Part shown: positions 50,539 to 60,416 of the stretch, piece by piece
Layout: each line of letters begins with the position of its first letter
How positions within the stretch are numbered: position 1 is the first letter of the stretch
Origin: a virus
Taxonomy: Duplodnaviria > Caudoviricetes
DNA: 64,000 nucleotides
IMG/VR virus record: IMGVR_UViG_3300035208_005974
Coordinates: 60,608 to 124,607 of that record
Reading direction: 5' to 3' (one strand)
Notes under the pieces: generated by a model
Seen by the model: the letters and a program-made list of their open reading frames with translations, nothing else
Told to the model about the DNA's origin: nothing
Database searches by the model: none
Translations under genes and position numbers: made by a program

Positions 50539-51282
50539 TTAAATTATTTCTTCCAATTTTGTTTTTAATAGTTCTATTTTTCTAGGTATAAGTCCTGGCG
50601 CACTATTAACCTCGAATATGGTTATGCCAGGATCTTCTTGGATTGTTGCGCAATCTACAGCACCAAAATCTAGTCCAATTGCTTGAATTGCAGATCTAGC
50701 CGCATTTTTTAGGTTTCTATCTAAGTCTGATACCCGAATCCTCGCAAAGAAACACCCATTTTCCTTATTACGGATCATAGGGGTTTTTTGGTTTTCTGGA
50801 CATCTTTTGATGTTTGCTTCTATTATTCTATCATTTAAAATGAATAATCTATATTCGTCTTTTTTGGTTACCATTTCCTGGATGTAGTGGTTTGAAGGAT
50901 TGAATCTTCTTACGTCTCGGGAATTATTACACACATTGAAAAACTTTCCCTTGAAATGGTTATTCCTTCTAACAATCACTGGAAATTCAACACTACCAGT
51001 GAGTGCGTCTTCAAAGGAAATTAGTTTTGGTGTTGGAATATTCTTTTCCTGTAGAAGTGCTTTTGTGGCTGGTTTGTTTGCGGATGTTTTTACTGCTTCT
51101 TGTTTATTTAGAATTCGGCCTTCGGGATCTTCCACGTATGAATTTCCATAACGTATAGTAAAAGAATCCCGATTGTTTGGAATCCTATTTTCGGTGTAAT
51201 TAACAACAAAACTGTTGGATAGTGCGTCCGCTAGAAGTTTGGCAGTTGGCCTACTTTTTCGACTACCTAAAATTGTTATCAT
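50539..51282 (-). CDS. ATP-grasp ligase (RimK/YheCD-like)
   Basis: NK..K, FPVIVR, YIQE, EYR, GLDFGAVD and FEVNSAPG motifs. Confidence 0.88.
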   Translation of the reverse strand: MITILGSRKSRPTAKLLADALSNSFVVNYTENRIPNNRDSFTIRYGNSYVEDPEGRILNKQEAVKTSANKPATKALLQEKNIPTPKLISFEDALTGSVEFPVIVRRNNHFKGKFFNVCNNSRDVRRFNPSNHYIQEMVTKKDEYRLFILNDRIIEANIKRCPENQKTPMIRNKENGCFFARIRVSDLDRNLKNAARSAIQAIGLDFGAVDCATIQEDPGITIFEVNSAPGLIPRKIELLKTKLEEII

Positions 51283-51295
51283 TGTATCACTATCA

Positions 51296-51487
51296 TCACT
51301 TTATAATATTTAATACATTTAATGATTTATGTGAAAATTGAGCATACTTTAATTCATCATTTTTACTAAACCACGCACAACCAATAGGATGATCATAAAA
51401 GTTGTGATCTATTTTATCGACTACCATCCTTGGTCCTCCTGACTTCAATTGAACAACGTCGCCAACATTAATTTCTATTGTTTTCAT
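51296..51487 (-). CDS. YodC/DUF2158-family protein
   Basis: GDVVQLKSGGPRMVV...C.WF. Confidence 0.8.
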   Translation of the reverse strand: MKTIEINVGDVVQLKSGGPRMVVDKIDHNFYDHPIGCAWFSKNDELKYAQFSHKSLNVLNIIK

Positions 51488-51732
51488 TTAAACACCTTTC
51501 CAAAGTAAATGATTTGGATTTCGAAGTATACCTAATAAGATCATTGCATAGTCTCGGTCTGGTCCTTCAAAGCTTAGTGCGCATTTTAGTCATTCTTCCT
51601 CATTCTTACAATCCAACATTTCATTTGTTACCACCAGAACACGGCCCGGTGCTTCTATTCCCAATCTACTATAGATTTCTCTAAACATATAATACTTAAT
51701 TATCTTTATCATATTTATACTCTTTGGTATGA

Positions 51733-51766
51733 CGTAAAAGTTAAATTTACTATATTATTTTGATTA
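51733..51766 (+). promoter_or_regulatory. Candidate late promoter
   Basis: CGTAAAA-N15-TTATTTTGATTA upstream of the neck genes. Confidence 0.6.
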
Positions 51767-51787
51767 TAGTTTTTTGAGGTTATATAA

Positions 51788-52339
51788 ATGGCTGACGAAG
51801 ATGAAGATGAAATAGTACTGAGTGTTTTTAGTTTATATTACCGATATTTATCTGTGGAAGAAACTAGCGGTGACATGACTCCGACTGGATTTGGTGTATA
51901 TTTGGCGTTTGCACGTGATGAACTCAGTCGACAATTAAGTTCGCGTGGAATTCCAGAAGATGCATTAACTGAAAACGAAGAAAGAATAGCATTATGTCAT
52001 TTAATCGCGGATAACTTTGAGATGGGCAATCCTGATTATTCTTTCCGTAGTCAAAGTCAGGCTCCTGGTGTTTCATTCAGTCGAGGCGAAGATACCGGAC
52101 CAAGATTAGCATTAAATAAGCTCCTCGATAGCATTGAACTTGATATTAAGAGAACAGGTGCTAGTGGTGGTCGCGGTAAGAGTATTGCAATGGTACAAAT
52201 TGCAGATGCTAAAAAGTATCCAAAGAGGTTCAAAAGAACAGACATTCCTAGCTGGGATACTGCGGAAAATGGGTTTGACGCCGACGAAGTTAGCGATCAC
52301 GGACAATCCATTTATGATCCTGGGAATAACTCCTGGTGA
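51788..52339 (+). CDS. Putative head-tail connector protein
   Basis: Size and position at the start of a structural operon. Confidence 0.5.
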   Translation: MADEDEDEIVLSVFSLYYRYLSVEETSGDMTPTGFGVYLAFARDELSRQLSSRGIPEDALTENEERIALCHLIADNFEMGNPDYSFRSQSQAPGVSFSRGEDTGPRLALNKLLDSIELDIKRTGASGGRGKSIAMVQIADAKKYPKRFKRTDIPSWDTAENGFDADEVSDHGQSIYDPGNNSW

Positions 52340-52965
52340 TTATGATGTCGTCCTACCCAAAAAGGTTGCGTTATACTCACAGAATGTATGTTAGACGTCA
52401 CACTAATGAAATATTTTCAGGACTGGTTTCTTCTAGCATGGTAGTCGCTGGAAGTCCTTCCACTTCTTTTAAGGTTGGATTACAGGCTTCTGGAATTTGC
52501 AGAATAAAATTAGTTGGAACTTATGATGGTTCTGACGTTGTGGAAAGAATTTCCTTTGGAGAATCAGGTATACAGTACTCCGAAAACTTTTTTGACACCA
52601 TAACAGCAATAACTTCAAATTATTTTGTGCCCGTAACAACCATTACCATTTCTTCTGTCGATAGCGTTGGAATGCCAGTTAGTTGGACTCAGACATCTGG
52701 GCCATTTCGCTGCGAGTTCGGCCAGCATAGCGGTATGCAAGCACAAATCGATGCTAGTGCGCTTGGTCTTGGATCCAAAACCATACATTATGTAAGGGTA
52801 GAAAGGCCTGCAAACTTATCTAAAGACATGGAATTTACCATAAATAATGGTACCCAAATTTATGTGCCTATAAGCGATTTTGAAAACATTTCTATACCTC
52901 CTGATTATGTGGCATCAGAGTGGGCATTTAGGGCTACTGCGAAAACCCCCGGTGAACCAGTATGA
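52336..52965 (+). CDS. Putative head closure/neck protein
   Basis: Coupled beta-rich ORF. Confidence 0.45.
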   Translation: MIMMSSYPKRLRYTHRMYVRRHTNEIFSGLVSSSMVVAGSPSTSFKVGLQASGICRIKLVGTYDGSDVVERISFGESGIQYSENFFDTITAITSNYFVPVTTITISSVDSVGMPVSWTQTSGPFRCEFGQHSGMQAQIDASALGLGSKTIHYVRVERPANLSKDMEFTINNGTQIYVPISDFENISIPPDYVASEWAFRATAKTPGEPV

Positions 52966-53411
52966 TATCTGAAACCATTCAATTCATAATGGACGAACTT
53001 CGAAATCCAGACAACGGTATCACCCAATTATGCGACAATCAAATATTTTCCGGAATGCCACGAATTCCATCAACTCTTATTGCGCCGCACTACACTAGAA
53101 TTGGTGTAGAATATTCTACAGAAAGCGGTGATGGCTACTTTTTTACCCCCCATCGGGACTTCGACAACCTTGACATAAAAGTTAAGATACTGGTTTCCAG
53201 TGCCTATGGCGAAAACGAAAACTATTGCCGCGACATTATGGAACGCATATGTTATTTGTTTTCAATACACCGAAAAAAAATAACCACAGATTACAGAATC
53301 TTTATTGACAATGTACAAACCGACGTTATTGAAGAAAACAACGAACGCTGGAATGGCACCATCAATATGAGCGTTAGACAGTTTGAAAAAATACCAGAAG
53401 ACATTACATGA
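52962..53411 (+). CDS. Putative tail terminator-like protein
   Basis: 149 aa; size and position fit. Confidence 0.45.
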   Translation: MISETIQFIMDELRNPDNGITQLCDNQIFSGMPRIPSTLIAPHYTRIGVEYSTESGDGYFFTPHRDFDNLDIKVKILVSSAYGENENYCRDIMERICYLFSIHRKKITTDYRIFIDNVQTDVIEENNERWNGTINMSVRQFEKIPEDIT

Positions 53412-53417
53412 GGGTTC

Positions 53418-54653
53418 GTGACTTCTCCCAGGGCTAAAGCACCTGGGCTTCTACGGTTTTGATTCCGACAGATTGAAGCCCCAATCTGAGAATGTTGATT
53501 GCTGCATTGAGATCTCGGTCCATGGATAAGCCACATTCGGGACATCTATGGACTCTTTCGGAGAGATCCTTTTTGACTATAAGGCCACACCTAGAACACA
53601 TCTGAGAAGTATTTCTTGGATCTACCAGCACAACCTTTGAGCCAGCGTATGCTGCTTTGCTCTCGGTTGCTTTTACCAGCATTCCCCATGCAACGTCCGA
53701 GATAGATTTTGCCAGGCAATGGTTTTTGAGCATGTTTTGGATATTCAAATCCTCAAAAGCTATGAATCCAAATTGATCTACAAGTCGATGGCTGATCTGA
53801 TGAGCGAAATCGGTTCTCCTATTGGATATCCTCTCGTGGACTCTCTCAACTACTTTGAGAGCCTTCTTCCTTTCCGGTGTTCCTTTCGGAGCTTTCGAGT
53901 GTTTTCTCTGGACTCTGGCAAGTTCCTTTTCCTCTTCTCGGAAGAATCGAGGATTGGCGATCTTCTCACCATTTGAGAAAGTTGCAAAACTCGCGAGTCC
54001 AACGTCTATGCCCACCACAGCGCCGTCTTTCCAGGGAGGAAGAGAAGTATCTTCAATTTCAACGGAGAAACAAGCGAACCATTTCCCCGTTGGCATTCTT
54101 CGGATAGTGCAGGTTTTGATTGTACCTTCAATTGGTCTATGTAGCTTGATCTTGATATCCCCGATCTTAGCTAGATGGAGTTTGCCATCTTTGATACCAA
54201 AACCAAGTTGCTTGTAGGTTATGCTATCATATCTGCCATATCCCTTGAATCTTGGATATCCGGGTTCTTCTCCAGACTTGACTCTTCGGAAGAAAGCTTT
54301 GAATGCTAGATCCACTCTAACTTGAACATTTTGAAGAACCTGAGAGTAGACCTGTTTAAGCTCCGGTCGTTGAGCTTTCCATGATACCAAGATGCTATTG
54401 GTCTCGTATAGGGAGATTGATTTGCCATCTTTCTCATAGGCATTCTTTCTCAACGCAAGTGTATCGTTATAGACCTGTCTGCAAAGCTCAAGGTTCTGGT
54501 CCAGAACTGATCTTTGAGACTTTGTGGGATAGATCCTATAGCGATACGATTTATGCATGATACCAAGTTATGTTGTTTCAGTATATAAAGTTTGTGGTTG
54601 AAGCATGGATTCATCCCACGACTAAAGATCGTGGGCTTTCTCCTGGTTCAGCC
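53418..54653 (-). mobile_element. Complete tnpB-only IS200/IS605 (IS1341-type) element
   Basis: Hairpins at both ends (CCCACGA-CTAAAGA-TCGTGGG; CCCAGG-GCTAAAGCA-CCTGGG). Inserted after TTAC and ends in TCAC on the minus strand. No tnpA. Confidence 0.9.
53434..54558 (-). CDS. tnpB: TnpB RNA-guided endonuclease
   Basis: YRYRIYPT HTH, VGIDVG, AFEDL, Zn ribbon and DRDLNAA. Confidence 0.96.
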   Translation of the reverse strand: MHKSYRYRIYPTKSQRSVLDQNLELCRQVYNDTLALRKNAYEKDGKSISLYETNSILVSWKAQRPELKQVYSQVLQNVQVRVDLAFKAFFRRVKSGEEPGYPRFKGYGRYDSITYKQLGFGIKDGKLHLAKIGDIKIKLHRPIEGTIKTCTIRRMPTGKWFACFSVEIEDTSLPPWKDGAVVGIDVGLASFATFSNGEKIANPRFFREEEKELARVQRKHSKAPKGTPERKKALKVVERVHERISNRRTDFAHQISHRLVDQFGFIAFEDLNIQNMLKNHCLAKSISDVAWGMLVKATESKAAYAGSKVVLVDPRNTSQMCSRCGLIVKKDLSERVHRCPECGLSMDRDLNAAINILRLGLQSVGIKTVEAQVL

Positions 54654-54686
54654 GTAAAACTACTATTTTCCTATTTATTTTGATTA
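54653..54686 (+). promoter_or_regulatory. Candidate late promoter at the IS insertion site
   Basis: CGTAAAA-N15-TTATTTTGATTA. Confidence 0.55.
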
Positions 54687-54714
54687 TGTTTTATTTAAAG
54701 TTTGCGGTGATTTC

Positions 54715-55050
54715 ATGCGTTTATATGATGCTTATAAAAATAGCGAAATAACCAGGACTGAATACCTTGCGTATTTAGATTTTGGTTATAAGCCCAATGA
54801 TTCTGTGTTTCTAACCCAAAATAGAAGCACTGAAATGGTGACAATTTCCTACCTGTCTATGGGAAACAATTATAACTGGTCCATTGATGACGGCGAATCA
54901 ATGATGGCATATGTCGGTCCCATCAATGATTTGTCGAATGCTGGAAGTTTGAATAACGCCGGTAGTATATTGTTCCTGTACAAGGACGGCAAAATTGTCA
55001 ATACTGGCACCATAACAAATACTGGCAACATCGTATTAAAATCTATTTAA
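54715..55050 (+). CDS. Putative virion protein
   Basis: N-terminus MRLYDAY..ITRTEY resembles 37913..38338. Confidence 0.55.
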   Translation: MRLYDAYKNSEITRTEYLAYLDFGYKPNDSVFLTQNRSTEMVTISYLSMGNNYNWSIDDGESMMAYVGPINDLSNAGSLNNAGSILFLYKDGKIVNTGTITNTGNIVLKSI

Positions 55051-55071
55051 ATTAATTTCGAGGTTTATATT

Positions 55072-55650
55072 ATGACGGGAACTCTTATCATGGACGGCGG
55101 CGTTGTAACGTCCACTGAAGCAAAAACTGACTATCAAGTTCAGGTTCCGATTGGGCCAGCTTGTTTTAGTTCAGGTACATGGACAGCCACAGAATCTTCT
55201 AATGTAATATTTGTTACAAGAGAACCAGCAAATACTACAGAATATTACAGTTTACCTATTATAGTGCCGAGTAGGACAACTGCTTTGAAAGGCGCTAAAC
55301 TCAAGTCAGTTACCGCTGTTGTAACACTAGGCGGAACTTTAGACACAACTAATGACGATTTTGAAATCGATGTCATTAAAGTTACAATGCCCGAAGATGG
55401 TTCTGCTCCCGTTGGTTCTGTGCTAGCCGGTAATGAATCCGAAGATTATCCAACCGACCAAAATTCTAAAGCAAAGCGATTAGTTTCTGGAAATCATACA
55501 TTTGTGGTGACTATACCTACCGACGAACAGGCCTTTATGGAAGCAGGAGATCAACATTACGTTAGAATAAAAATAAAGGATAATGCAAACGCTGATCTGA
55601 CCTGTGTGTTGAAAGGGATGGTTGCCCAATTCGACATGAACGTTTTATAA
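55072..55650 (+). CDS. Putative virion structural protein
   Basis: Thr/Val-rich, beta-type protein in a late operon. Confidence 0.55.
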   Translation: MTGTLIMDGGVVTSTEAKTDYQVQVPIGPACFSSGTWTATESSNVIFVTREPANTTEYYSLPIIVPSRTTALKGAKLKSVTAVVTLGGTLDTTNDDFEIDVIKVTMPEDGSAPVGSVLAGNESEDYPTDQNSKAKRLVSGNHTFVVTIPTDEQAFMEAGDQHYVRIKIKDNANADLTCVLKGMVAQFDMNVL

Positions 55651-55688
55651 ATTTAGTTTCCAAAACATAGCAAGGAGAATAATTTTTT

Positions 55689-56684
55689 ATGGCAAATGTT
55701 GGTTCTATCGCAACGGCCCGAGGGGAGCAATTCACACATGCACATGTTGCATCCCTATCTAGGCGTAATTCTGGATTTTATGTACTTTCTGGTTGCGACG
55801 TTCATCAAGCCGGAACGCCAGGACTTAGTGTAGTTGTGGATTCTGGTTATATTTCTTCTGGATTTGCAACGGCTAGAAAAACAGTTTCTGGAGGAACATT
55901 AACAGTGGCCACTCCAGATGGTTCGCTTCCTAGAATGGACGTAGTCTATTTGGATACAAATGGGACACCTAGTATTTATGCAGGCACGCCTACAGCCATT
56001 TCTCCAAGCACTGAAACTGATTTCAAGAAAATGGCATCACCGAGTCCTGGCGCATCAATACCAAACGGCGTAATACTTGCATTAGTTTATGTTGGAGCTG
56101 GTGTAACTGAAATTCTAAATGCTTCTATTCTTGATATTGCTAGTTATGGTGGATTTGTCGCAGAAGCGCCTACTGGAACCACAACTTCCGGACTTGTTCC
56201 TCAGTGGAGTAGTACCCAGAAAACCCTTACAACTGGGTTAACGGTTGGAACCGCCGCAAACAACCTAGTTCAATTGGATGGTAGTGCTAAACTTCCAGCG
56301 GTTGATGGTTCGCAATTAACAAATGTGGTTCGAAATATTTGTATTTATATTGATAACAATAGTGATGTAATCGAAACTGGAATAAAAGCAAAAGTTTGCA
56401 TTGATTATGCTTGTACAATACAATCTGTTGCTTTGCATGGCTCGCCATCTGGTTCTATTGTAATAGACATCTGGAAAGTTAGCTATGATAATTTACCCGC
56501 TTCTGTTGCAAATACAATAACAGCATCTGCAAAACCAACAATATCTTCTGGGATTAAGAGCCTAGATTCTTCGTTAGCTGGCTGGACAAAATCAATATCT
56601 GCTGGTGACTGGCTTTACTTCAATGTGGATAGTTGCACCACAATGACTAATTGTTCCATCGATTTGAAGGTCGTGACAGTATAA
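55689..56684 (+). CDS. Tail fibre/spike-like protein
   Basis: LPRMDVVY and VQLDGSAKLPAVDGSQLT fibre motifs. Confidence 0.65.
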   Translation: MANVGSIATARGEQFTHAHVASLSRRNSGFYVLSGCDVHQAGTPGLSVVVDSGYISSGFATARKTVSGGTLTVATPDGSLPRMDVVYLDTNGTPSIYAGTPTAISPSTETDFKKMASPSPGASIPNGVILALVYVGAGVTEILNASILDIASYGGFVAEAPTGTTTSGLVPQWSSTQKTLTTGLTVGTAANNLVQLDGSAKLPAVDGSQLTNVVRNICIYIDNNSDVIETGIKAKVCIDYACTIQSVALHGSPSGSIVIDIWKVSYDNLPASVANTITASAKPTISSGIKSLDSSLAGWTKSISAGDWLYFNVDSCTTMTNCSIDLKVVTV

Positions 56685-56689
56685 CCAAC

Positions 56690-57697
56690 ATGTACGTTTT
56701 CTGGAGGAAGTCGGAGGATCCGCCCTCACCATGGACTCGCCTTACAAGAACAAATAGATACTTGCGTTTTGATTCCAATACAAGTAATCATTGGGTTTCA
56801 ATTGGTTCATCCACACACAAACATTCTACATCAGATGGTCAAATAGGTAATTCTGTCCACAATTCGCCACATTTGGTTAGTAACTACTATAAAGATTATC
56901 ACATACTAACAACCCATACTCATTCATTGATGAATATTTCTACTACAAACGGTAATAATAATCCAATTGGTTTTGGCTTGGACATTATATATATGGATAT
57001 GGCTACCTGGGAATCTAGTATTCGATCATTTCCAGAAGGTACTATTTTAATGTCTAATGGTGTTCTTGTAGATGCTAACTTAGAACGATATACCATAGCT
57101 GACGGTAAATTTATTGTGCATGCTGTACCAGAAACTATAGTTGGCACCACAACACCACATGGACATACAATATCCGGATCAACTGGTTTCGCGAATGGAG
57201 CAACTGGTGCATTAGCAGGTTATGATGTAGATGGTTGTGATGCTTCTAGTTTACATACACACGATTTTAGTTTTGTATCTGAAGCGAAATATGTGGAACC
57301 AAAGAAACTATTAACACGATTATATAAAGTTCTAGCTGAGACATCAAAAGCAATATCCGGAATAGTGGTGTTTGTAGATGGTGACGTTAGCGAAAATTGG
57401 GAAATTCTAACGGATTGGTCTACTGGAAATTTATATGCATATGATTGCAATCCAACTCTTAGTGGTTCAGATACTCATACGCACACATATTCCGGTAATA
57501 GTAATGAATATGATGGTCCTGATAGATTTGATTACCAAACTTATCTGAACCAAACTGCATACGATAGCCATTATCATCCAGTTACTGGTAATTTAGATGA
57601 AGAAAGTCATATACCCGCTAGTAAACAAATTATACCAGCTAGATTATTATATAGTTTACAAGAAAATGCAGAAAGGGTCATTGTAATAATGACATGA
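56690..57697 (+). CDS. Tail fibre tip-like protein with HxH repeats
   Basis: Repeated THKH/THTH/HGH metal-binding motifs. Confidence 0.6.
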   Translation: MYVFWRKSEDPPSPWTRLTRTNRYLRFDSNTSNHWVSIGSSTHKHSTSDGQIGNSVHNSPHLVSNYYKDYHILTTHTHSLMNISTTNGNNNPIGFGLDIIYMDMATWESSIRSFPEGTILMSNGVLVDANLERYTIADGKFIVHAVPETIVGTTTPHGHTISGSTGFANGATGALAGYDVDGCDASSLHTHDFSFVSEAKYVEPKKLLTRLYKVLAETSKAISGIVVFVDGDVSENWEILTDWSTGNLYAYDCNPTLSGSDTHTHTYSGNSNEYDGPDRFDYQTYLNQTAYDSHYHPVTGNLDEESHIPASKQIIPARLLYSLQENAERVIVIMT

Positions 57698-57706
57698 AGG
57701 ATTTTC

Positions 57707-58135
57707 ATGAATGAAGATATCGCTGAAAGCATTGGAATGTTTTTAGAAAACAAGATTCGAGAAAAGATTCTTAGTGATGTTCCGCCACCTAACGCCGAAA
57801 GTACCATAAAACGCAAAGGATCTTCTCATACCTTAATTGATGATAGTACATTATTATCTAGCGTTACCCATGTTGTTGAAACTGACGGCGAAGACATCAA
57901 AATCACAATCGGAATTTTAGATCCCGAAATTGCAGAATACGCTGCCCCAAACGAACATGGCGTTGCTTGGGACAATAGACCGAAAAAAGGAACAGAAAAT
58001 ACACCAGGGAGAGAATGGTTTATACCACCACGATCTTTCATACGATCTACATTTGATGAAGAATACGAAAATGTATTAGCTGATATTGAAAAACAAATTG
58101 TAACAAATGTCAAAGCAAAACTAAGCGGAAAATAA
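57707..58135 (+). CDS. Neck/tail-completion (virion morphogenesis) protein
   Basis: PPNAESTIKRKGSSHTLID, NEHG and IPPRSFIR. Confidence 0.75.
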   Translation: MNEDIAESIGMFLENKIREKILSDVPPPNAESTIKRKGSSHTLIDDSTLLSSVTHVVETDGEDIKITIGILDPEIAEYAAPNEHGVAWDNRPKKGTENTPGREWFIPPRSFIRSTFDEEYENVLADIEKQIVTNVKAKLSGK

Positions 58136-58237
58136 AAACAACAAAAACAAACACAACACTTATAATGATTTAACAAAACGAGAACAAAACATGAATAAAT
58201 TCAATAAAAATATAATTATATCAGGAGATTTATAAAA

Positions 58238-58825
58238 ATGGTAGCTACAGTGAACGTTCAGGAGTATAACGGCGCCTCACCTGGTGTCGCTACAGTAATA
58301 ACCCAAGGAAGATATTGCGCAATGGATTCTTATAATCCAGGACTAAGTAATCCTTGTGTCGTACCGAGCGCAGATCTAAATTACAGTTATTGGAAGACTC
58401 ATAACGTCGCATTTTCCGGAGACTTCACCCAGATTTCTAATATCCGATGGTATACGTCTGGAAATGTAAAGACTAACTGGGCTCTAGGAACAGACGGTGA
58501 CTTGTTTGTTGCCGTGAAGTCAACTGGAGACAATGGATGCCCTGTTGCTAGTTATGCTCAGGCTGCTGGCGTACAGGGAACTTCTGGCTATCCAATAGAC
58601 GATGTAACAAATGGTCATAGCTATTATAAGTCAGGTTCTCCTAACCACGCAGTACCTGTTAATGCAGACACTTATGTTTCGGCGTCAACTTTGCTCGTGG
58701 ATAGCGGACCTTATACAACTGCCGCAAGTTGCAAGTGTGTCGTTACACAAGTTGTAATTGATACCGATGCAACGCAAGGCGATAAGGCGTCGGAATCGCT
58801 CACATTTCGATATGATGAAATTTAG
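58238..58825 (+). CDS. Virion structural protein
   Basis: AGGAG RBS; C-terminal TFRYDEI. Confidence 0.55.
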   Translation: MVATVNVQEYNGASPGVATVITQGRYCAMDSYNPGLSNPCVVPSADLNYSYWKTHNVAFSGDFTQISNIRWYTSGNVKTNWALGTDGDLFVAVKSTGDNGCPVASYAQAAGVQGTSGYPIDDVTNGHSYYKSGSPNHAVPVNADTYVSASTLLVDSGPYTTAASCKCVVTQVVIDTDATQGDKASESLTFRYDEI

Positions 58826-58897
58826 TTTAAAATATATTAATAAAGTAATTATAGTATAATATTTAGCGTAAACTATAAATACTATTAATACCAATAG

Positions 58898-59764
58898 TTG
58901 TATATGAAAGAAATTAACATAGCAAAAAAGAATTCGAAATCTTTCGTTGCATCTATTGACGATAAATTTTTTGATGAAATATCAAAATTTACTTGGTATA
59001 TATCACCAGCAAGTGATCAATTATCGTATGCATTTTGTCATACAGCAGACGAAAGTACTGTTTATATGCATAGAAAAATTATGGAAATGTATCTAAGCAG
59101 AAAACTAGAGAAACATGAAGAAATTGATCATATTGATAACAATGGTTTAAATAACCAAATAAATAATTTGCGTATAGTATCCAGATCGCAAAATCAAGCA
59201 AATCAACGTGGTCATCGCGATTCCAAATCAAAATATATTGGTGTTCATTTTAATACTAGATATACAAATCCATACAGAGTAAAACTAATGAAAAATGGAA
59301 TTAATATACACGTAAATAAAGGATTTGATTCTGCAGAAGAAGCAGCAGAAATTCGAGATTTACTAAGTATAAAATATTTTGGAGAATACTCAAAACTGAA
59401 TTTTCCAGACAAAAGAAATGAATATATTCAAAAAATCCGCGATGGTTTCGATCCCGATGAATATACAAAAACATTCACAAGTGAATATCGCGGAGTTTCG
59501 AAATATGGTGATGGCAACTATCATGCTAGTACTGCAAAAAACAACAAAGACATATACATCGGAATATTTAAAACAGAACAAGAAGCAGCGGAACATTATG
59601 ATATGGTAACCATCCAACTAAATGGTATAAATACGTATTTAAATTTTCCAGAAAAGAAAGAATATTATATACAAAAATTAACATCTGGTTATAATCCTAT
59701 CAAAGCAAAACGAGTAAATAAAAAAGAAAGTGTTAATATTAATACACTAGATAAATATTATTAA
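58898..59764 (+). CDS. HNH homing endonuclease with two AP2-like domains
   Basis: MHR...IDHIDNNGLNNQINNLR; SKYIGV...AA..RD...LNFP repeated twice. Confidence 0.9.
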   Translation: MYMKEINIAKKNSKSFVASIDDKFFDEISKFTWYISPASDQLSYAFCHTADESTVYMHRKIMEMYLSRKLEKHEEIDHIDNNGLNNQINNLRIVSRSQNQANQRGHRDSKSKYIGVHFNTRYTNPYRVKLMKNGINIHVNKGFDSAEEAAEIRDLLSIKYFGEYSKLNFPDKRNEYIQKIRDGFDPDEYTKTFTSEYRGVSKYGDGNYHASTAKNNKDIYIGIFKTEQEAAEHYDMVTIQLNGINTYLNFPEKKEYYIQKLTSGYNPIKAKRVNKKESVNINTLDKYY

Positions 59765-59834
59765 CATTATATCTTTTTTTATTATAAAAACTTTTTTAAA
59801 CAACAATCATAAGCAAGGAGTGTATTAAACAAAT

Positions 59835-60404
59835 ATGAGAAATATAATATCATTACAACCATCGGATATCGCAATACAAATAGTGCCGAAAACCCCTAAT
59901 GAATCGCTACAAGACACTGTATACCTTCCTGACAAATCAGAAGGATACATAGTACCTATAAATCTGTTTTTTGTAGATAACGTCGGTAAAGATCTATGTG
60001 GTGTATTTGAATTAAAAACCATTTACTACAACAACGCCATTAAGCGAGACATCATAAATGAATTATATGATAGCGGAAAGACTTTCGATATCTATATTAG
60101 ACTAAATTCGTCAAAAGAGAACATTGAAAGTCCAAAAGTCCTTCAAATCTTTAATGATGTTTCTATTAATGGACGCGAACTATTAATACCGGAATTCGGA
60201 CAACTAATAACGTATCGATACTATTTCACGAACACTTCCGAACCCTGGAATATTCCAATAGAAAAAATTGAGGCACTTCGCCCACCTAACCAATACATCT
60301 ATGATTATGCGGTTAGTAAGGCCATAAAAGACCAAACAACTACCATAAAAGACATCAAGGATGAAGTTATTAGAGAATTGATTATGTCACGCCCACTATG
60401 CTAG
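59835..60404 (+). CDS. Hypothetical protein
   Basis: 189-aa ORF in the tail region. Confidence 0.55.
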   Translation: MRNIISLQPSDIAIQIVPKTPNESLQDTVYLPDKSEGYIVPINLFFVDNVGKDLCGVFELKTIYYNNAIKRDIINELYDSGKTFDIYIRLNSSKENIESPKVLQIFNDVSINGRELLIPEFGQLITYRYYFTNTSEPWNIPIEKIEALRPPNQYIYDYAVSKAIKDQTTTIKDIKDEVIRELIMSRPLC

Positions 60405-60416
60405 GAGTACCTTATA

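Noticed and set aside
58130-58200. A/C-rich tract as a fifth hairpin RNA
   Set aside because: There is no complementary U/G-rich arm.
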